A DNA stretch of 63,348 nt, counting the filler, from Trichosphaerium sp. ATCC 40318 (taxonomy: Eukaryota > Protista > Tubulinea), in NCBI GenBank assembly GCA_038496445.1. It is 4 parts of 4 records of this genome, joined end to end, with 100 filler letters (N's around TTAATTAATTAA, not from the genome) between each part and the next. Parts side by side here need not be neighbours in the genome. Positions count along the whole stretch, not along the records: positions 49,927 to 62,161 come from JALMLS010000068.1; positions 62,262 to 63,348 come from JALMLS010000632.1; 2 more parts are not named here. One strand, given 5' to 3'. Shown one piece after another: positions 61,277 to 63,348 of this stretch (position 1 is the stretch's first letter; the number at the start of each line of letters is the position of its first letter). Both the position numbers and the translations under genes were made by a program. Under the pieces are notes generated by a model, which did no database searches, was not told the DNA's origin, and saw only the letters and a list, made by a program, of their open reading frames with translations.

Positions 61277-62161
61277 TTATTCTATAACGACTACATGTTC
61301 CAAAGGTGTATTACTTGTTAGTAAGTCAACAACTTTTTCTAGAGTAACTGTTTTTAAAGAATCATGATGTTGTATACGTTGAGAAGATATAGACTGTATT
61401 ATATCACGCATAACGTCTTGTTCAATCATTAAAGAAAAATGGTAATCAAAATAGGAAAAAAATAGGAAAAGAAAGAACAACTGGTTTTTTGGTAAGGATA
61501 CGTAGATATTTCCCAATTTGAGTACTTGATAAAGCCCAAGTTGGTGAGAATAAAAAAGATATCGACGCTGACTTCATACGAAGAAGTTTTGCATCAGGAG
61601 GATCAAGCTATGAAAAAAAGAAAATTAATCCACGAATTATGTTATTCTTCTTTGACTTTTTAATAAAATCAATAAGTACCTGTGCGTCTGTTGTTGTTAT
61701 CCAACGAGAAAAAGCACCAAGTACATTTATCGTTTTTCGTCTGTTGAGCACTTCAAGAGGAGTTAACTACAAATAAAGTCAGACAAGAACATATAATACT
61801 AGCTTAAGATATACAAACTCACTTCAATCAAAATATCAACTCCAACGCCACCAGTATGTGCTAATATAGCTGCTTCAGGTTCTTCATTCTCCGCAGCAAT
61901 AACAACAACTTATAATTATTTCATTAACAGCACGGTTCAAAGAAGAAAAAGATTGTTGAAATTCAAAATTTTACTTTGTTTGGAAGTTTTGCTGTTAGTG
62001 TGCTCTTATCTTCTTCTTTATAACACACGACCATTACAGAAGCATTACTTTCGGTAGCCAAACGAGCAATAAAGCATGCTTCCTAAGTAGTCAGAAAGTC
62101 AACACTTCATTGAAAGCAAGTTCTAACGCTTACATTAGAGCAACCAATGATAGCAACTTTT
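61277..62161 (-). CDS. CRYZL1: Quinone oxidoreductase-like protein 1 (MDR superfamily), 5'-truncated
   Basis: HTGGVGVDILIE, INVLGAFSRWITT, QLDPPDAKLLRMKSASISF and VMRDII match the CRYZL1-specific QLDPPD..LFLKGATLAF segment. Confidence 0.7.
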
Positions 62162-62261
62162 NNNNNNNNNNNNNNNNNNNNNNNNNNNNNNNNNNNNNNN
62201 NNNNNTTAATTAATTAANNNNNNNNNNNNNNNNNNNNNNNNNNNNNNNNNNNNNNNNNNNN
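62162..62261. other. Artificial contig spacer
   Basis: Same N/TTAATTAATTAA/N linker. Confidence 0.97.
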
Positions 62262-62337
62262 GCTTGTAAACCGTTAATTTATGCGAAATTTCTCATTTTT
62301 GGTTGCCTCTTTGACTGTTTTAATTGTGTAAACGCTC

Positions 62338-62810
62338 ATGGATAAGAAGCGAAAGGGCCCGCCAATGGAAAAACAAGAAAACAAGATCCAACGAACAAGT
62401 ATGGCGTTTTAAATTAGATATTCAACAAAGCTAGGTTGTTAACGTTACGTAATTGCAGGCTTACTCAACAAGGCGGATTTTGACGAGACAATTGAAACTT
62501 TTGCTTTAGCAGTGCCAAAAAAGCTAACTGGCCCACTGTTGAAGCTTATTCGAAAGTGCGCGGCGTTATATAACCTTTTTGACTTGTTAAAACATTATTA
62601 GATGTCTATTTTCTCGTAGGGACCTCAGAAACTTCAATTACCTTGTAAAAGGCGATGTAAACAACACTCTCATACTTAAACAGTCTATTGGCGCAGGTAA
62701 AAGCGTTATAGTAGATTAACTCCGCTAAATCTATTTTTTTGATACATTAGATGGTAAAGGCTTGCCTCAGGAGGTTTTGGCGTATATTACAGAACACTCT
62801 TTAGGAAAAA
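62338..62810 (+). CDS. TRM5: N-terminal part of tRNA (guanine-37-N1) methyltransferase
   Basis: LLNKADFDETIETFALAVPKK..LLKLIRK resembles the Trm5 D1 domain. Lies next to the Trm5 catalytic part. Confidence 0.55.
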
Positions 62811-62879
62811 CGCCAATAAATGCATCTAATACACATAGTAAGCAAACAACAAATACAAAGACCTAGCAGGTGATGAACA

Positions 62880-63348
62880 CGTGCCTACAAACTCATGCGC
62901 TGTCATTGGTAAGTTCATAAAGACTTGGGTGATTGGCTTGTAGGTGCCGTCCACAAAACATTCTTTAGATACAACTTGTTTGATAAAATCACGTCCATCA
63001 AGGTTAAACGCCTTTAACATGGGCCTTTTTCTCTTTCTACAACAAAGTTTAGCTACCATGGCACAATCCAAATAGCAATTGTACCCAAGGTTGGCGTCTG
63101 CATTAGCAATCATAGCCTTGTGACAGTACGGATTTAGATCATTGCAGTACACAAATATACCCTTGCGTGCAAGCGGTACAGCAAAAGGACCCACACCTGC
63201 AAACACATCACCTATGTAACAATTATTATTTAACACTTGTTCAATAACAATATCACTACACGTACAAACTATGTCTGATGCAGAGCACTTCTTAATGAGT
63301 CGCATGTGCTCATTTTCTAGTCTGGAGTTCCAAAAAACCTCTCTAAAA
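62880..63348 (-). CDS. TRM5: Catalytic part of tRNA (guanine-37-N1) methyltransferase
   Basis: FREVFWNSRLENEH, DVFAGVGPFAVP, NDLNP, FNLDGRDFI and VFMNLP are Trm5/Met10+ signatures. Confidence 0.92.

Overview
This is intron-rich, AT-rich eukaryotic DNA, most likely from an amoebozoan-type protist. The basis is short ~40-60 nt introns with GTACGT/GTAAGT donors, plus a Zn2Cys6 factor, a Roco protein, a TKL kinase and many F-box genes. The window is not one contiguous molecule. Four contigs are joined by artificial 100-nt N/TTAATTAATTAA/N spacers (23146-23245, 49827-49926, 62162-62261). Gene models were spliced by eye, so internal boundaries are approximate. Contig 1 (1-23145) looks like an accessory or mobile region. 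It carries an apparently intact spliced CMC/EnSpm(Plavaka)-type DDE transposase (10216-13513). Next to it are a gene ending in a bacterial-like uracil-DNA-glycosylase-fold domain, an SD-repeat acidic protein, an F-box/MORN-variant gene, and four members of a protein family I do not recognise that share motifs and intron positions. Contig 2 opens with a ~3.7-kb inverted repeat (23246-31183). It then carries a pseudo-Rho+Roc+COR+PARP-like+receiver-like fusion gene, a bacterial-type secreted beta-helix protein, a second F-box/MORN gene, a Zn2Cys6 factor and a JmjC gene. Contig 3 has a small secreted 10-Cys prepropeptide, a kinase probably fused to an MgsA/RarA C-terminal-like domain, an R3H gene fragment, a third F-box/MORN gene, an intronless minimal SET protein, an F-box gene and a CRYZL1-like gene. 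Contig 4 holds TRM5 split into opposite orientations, which suggests inversion chimeras in the assembly. The best candidates for an undescribed system are the transposase + glycosylase-fold + novel-family cluster and the Roco-PARP fusion.
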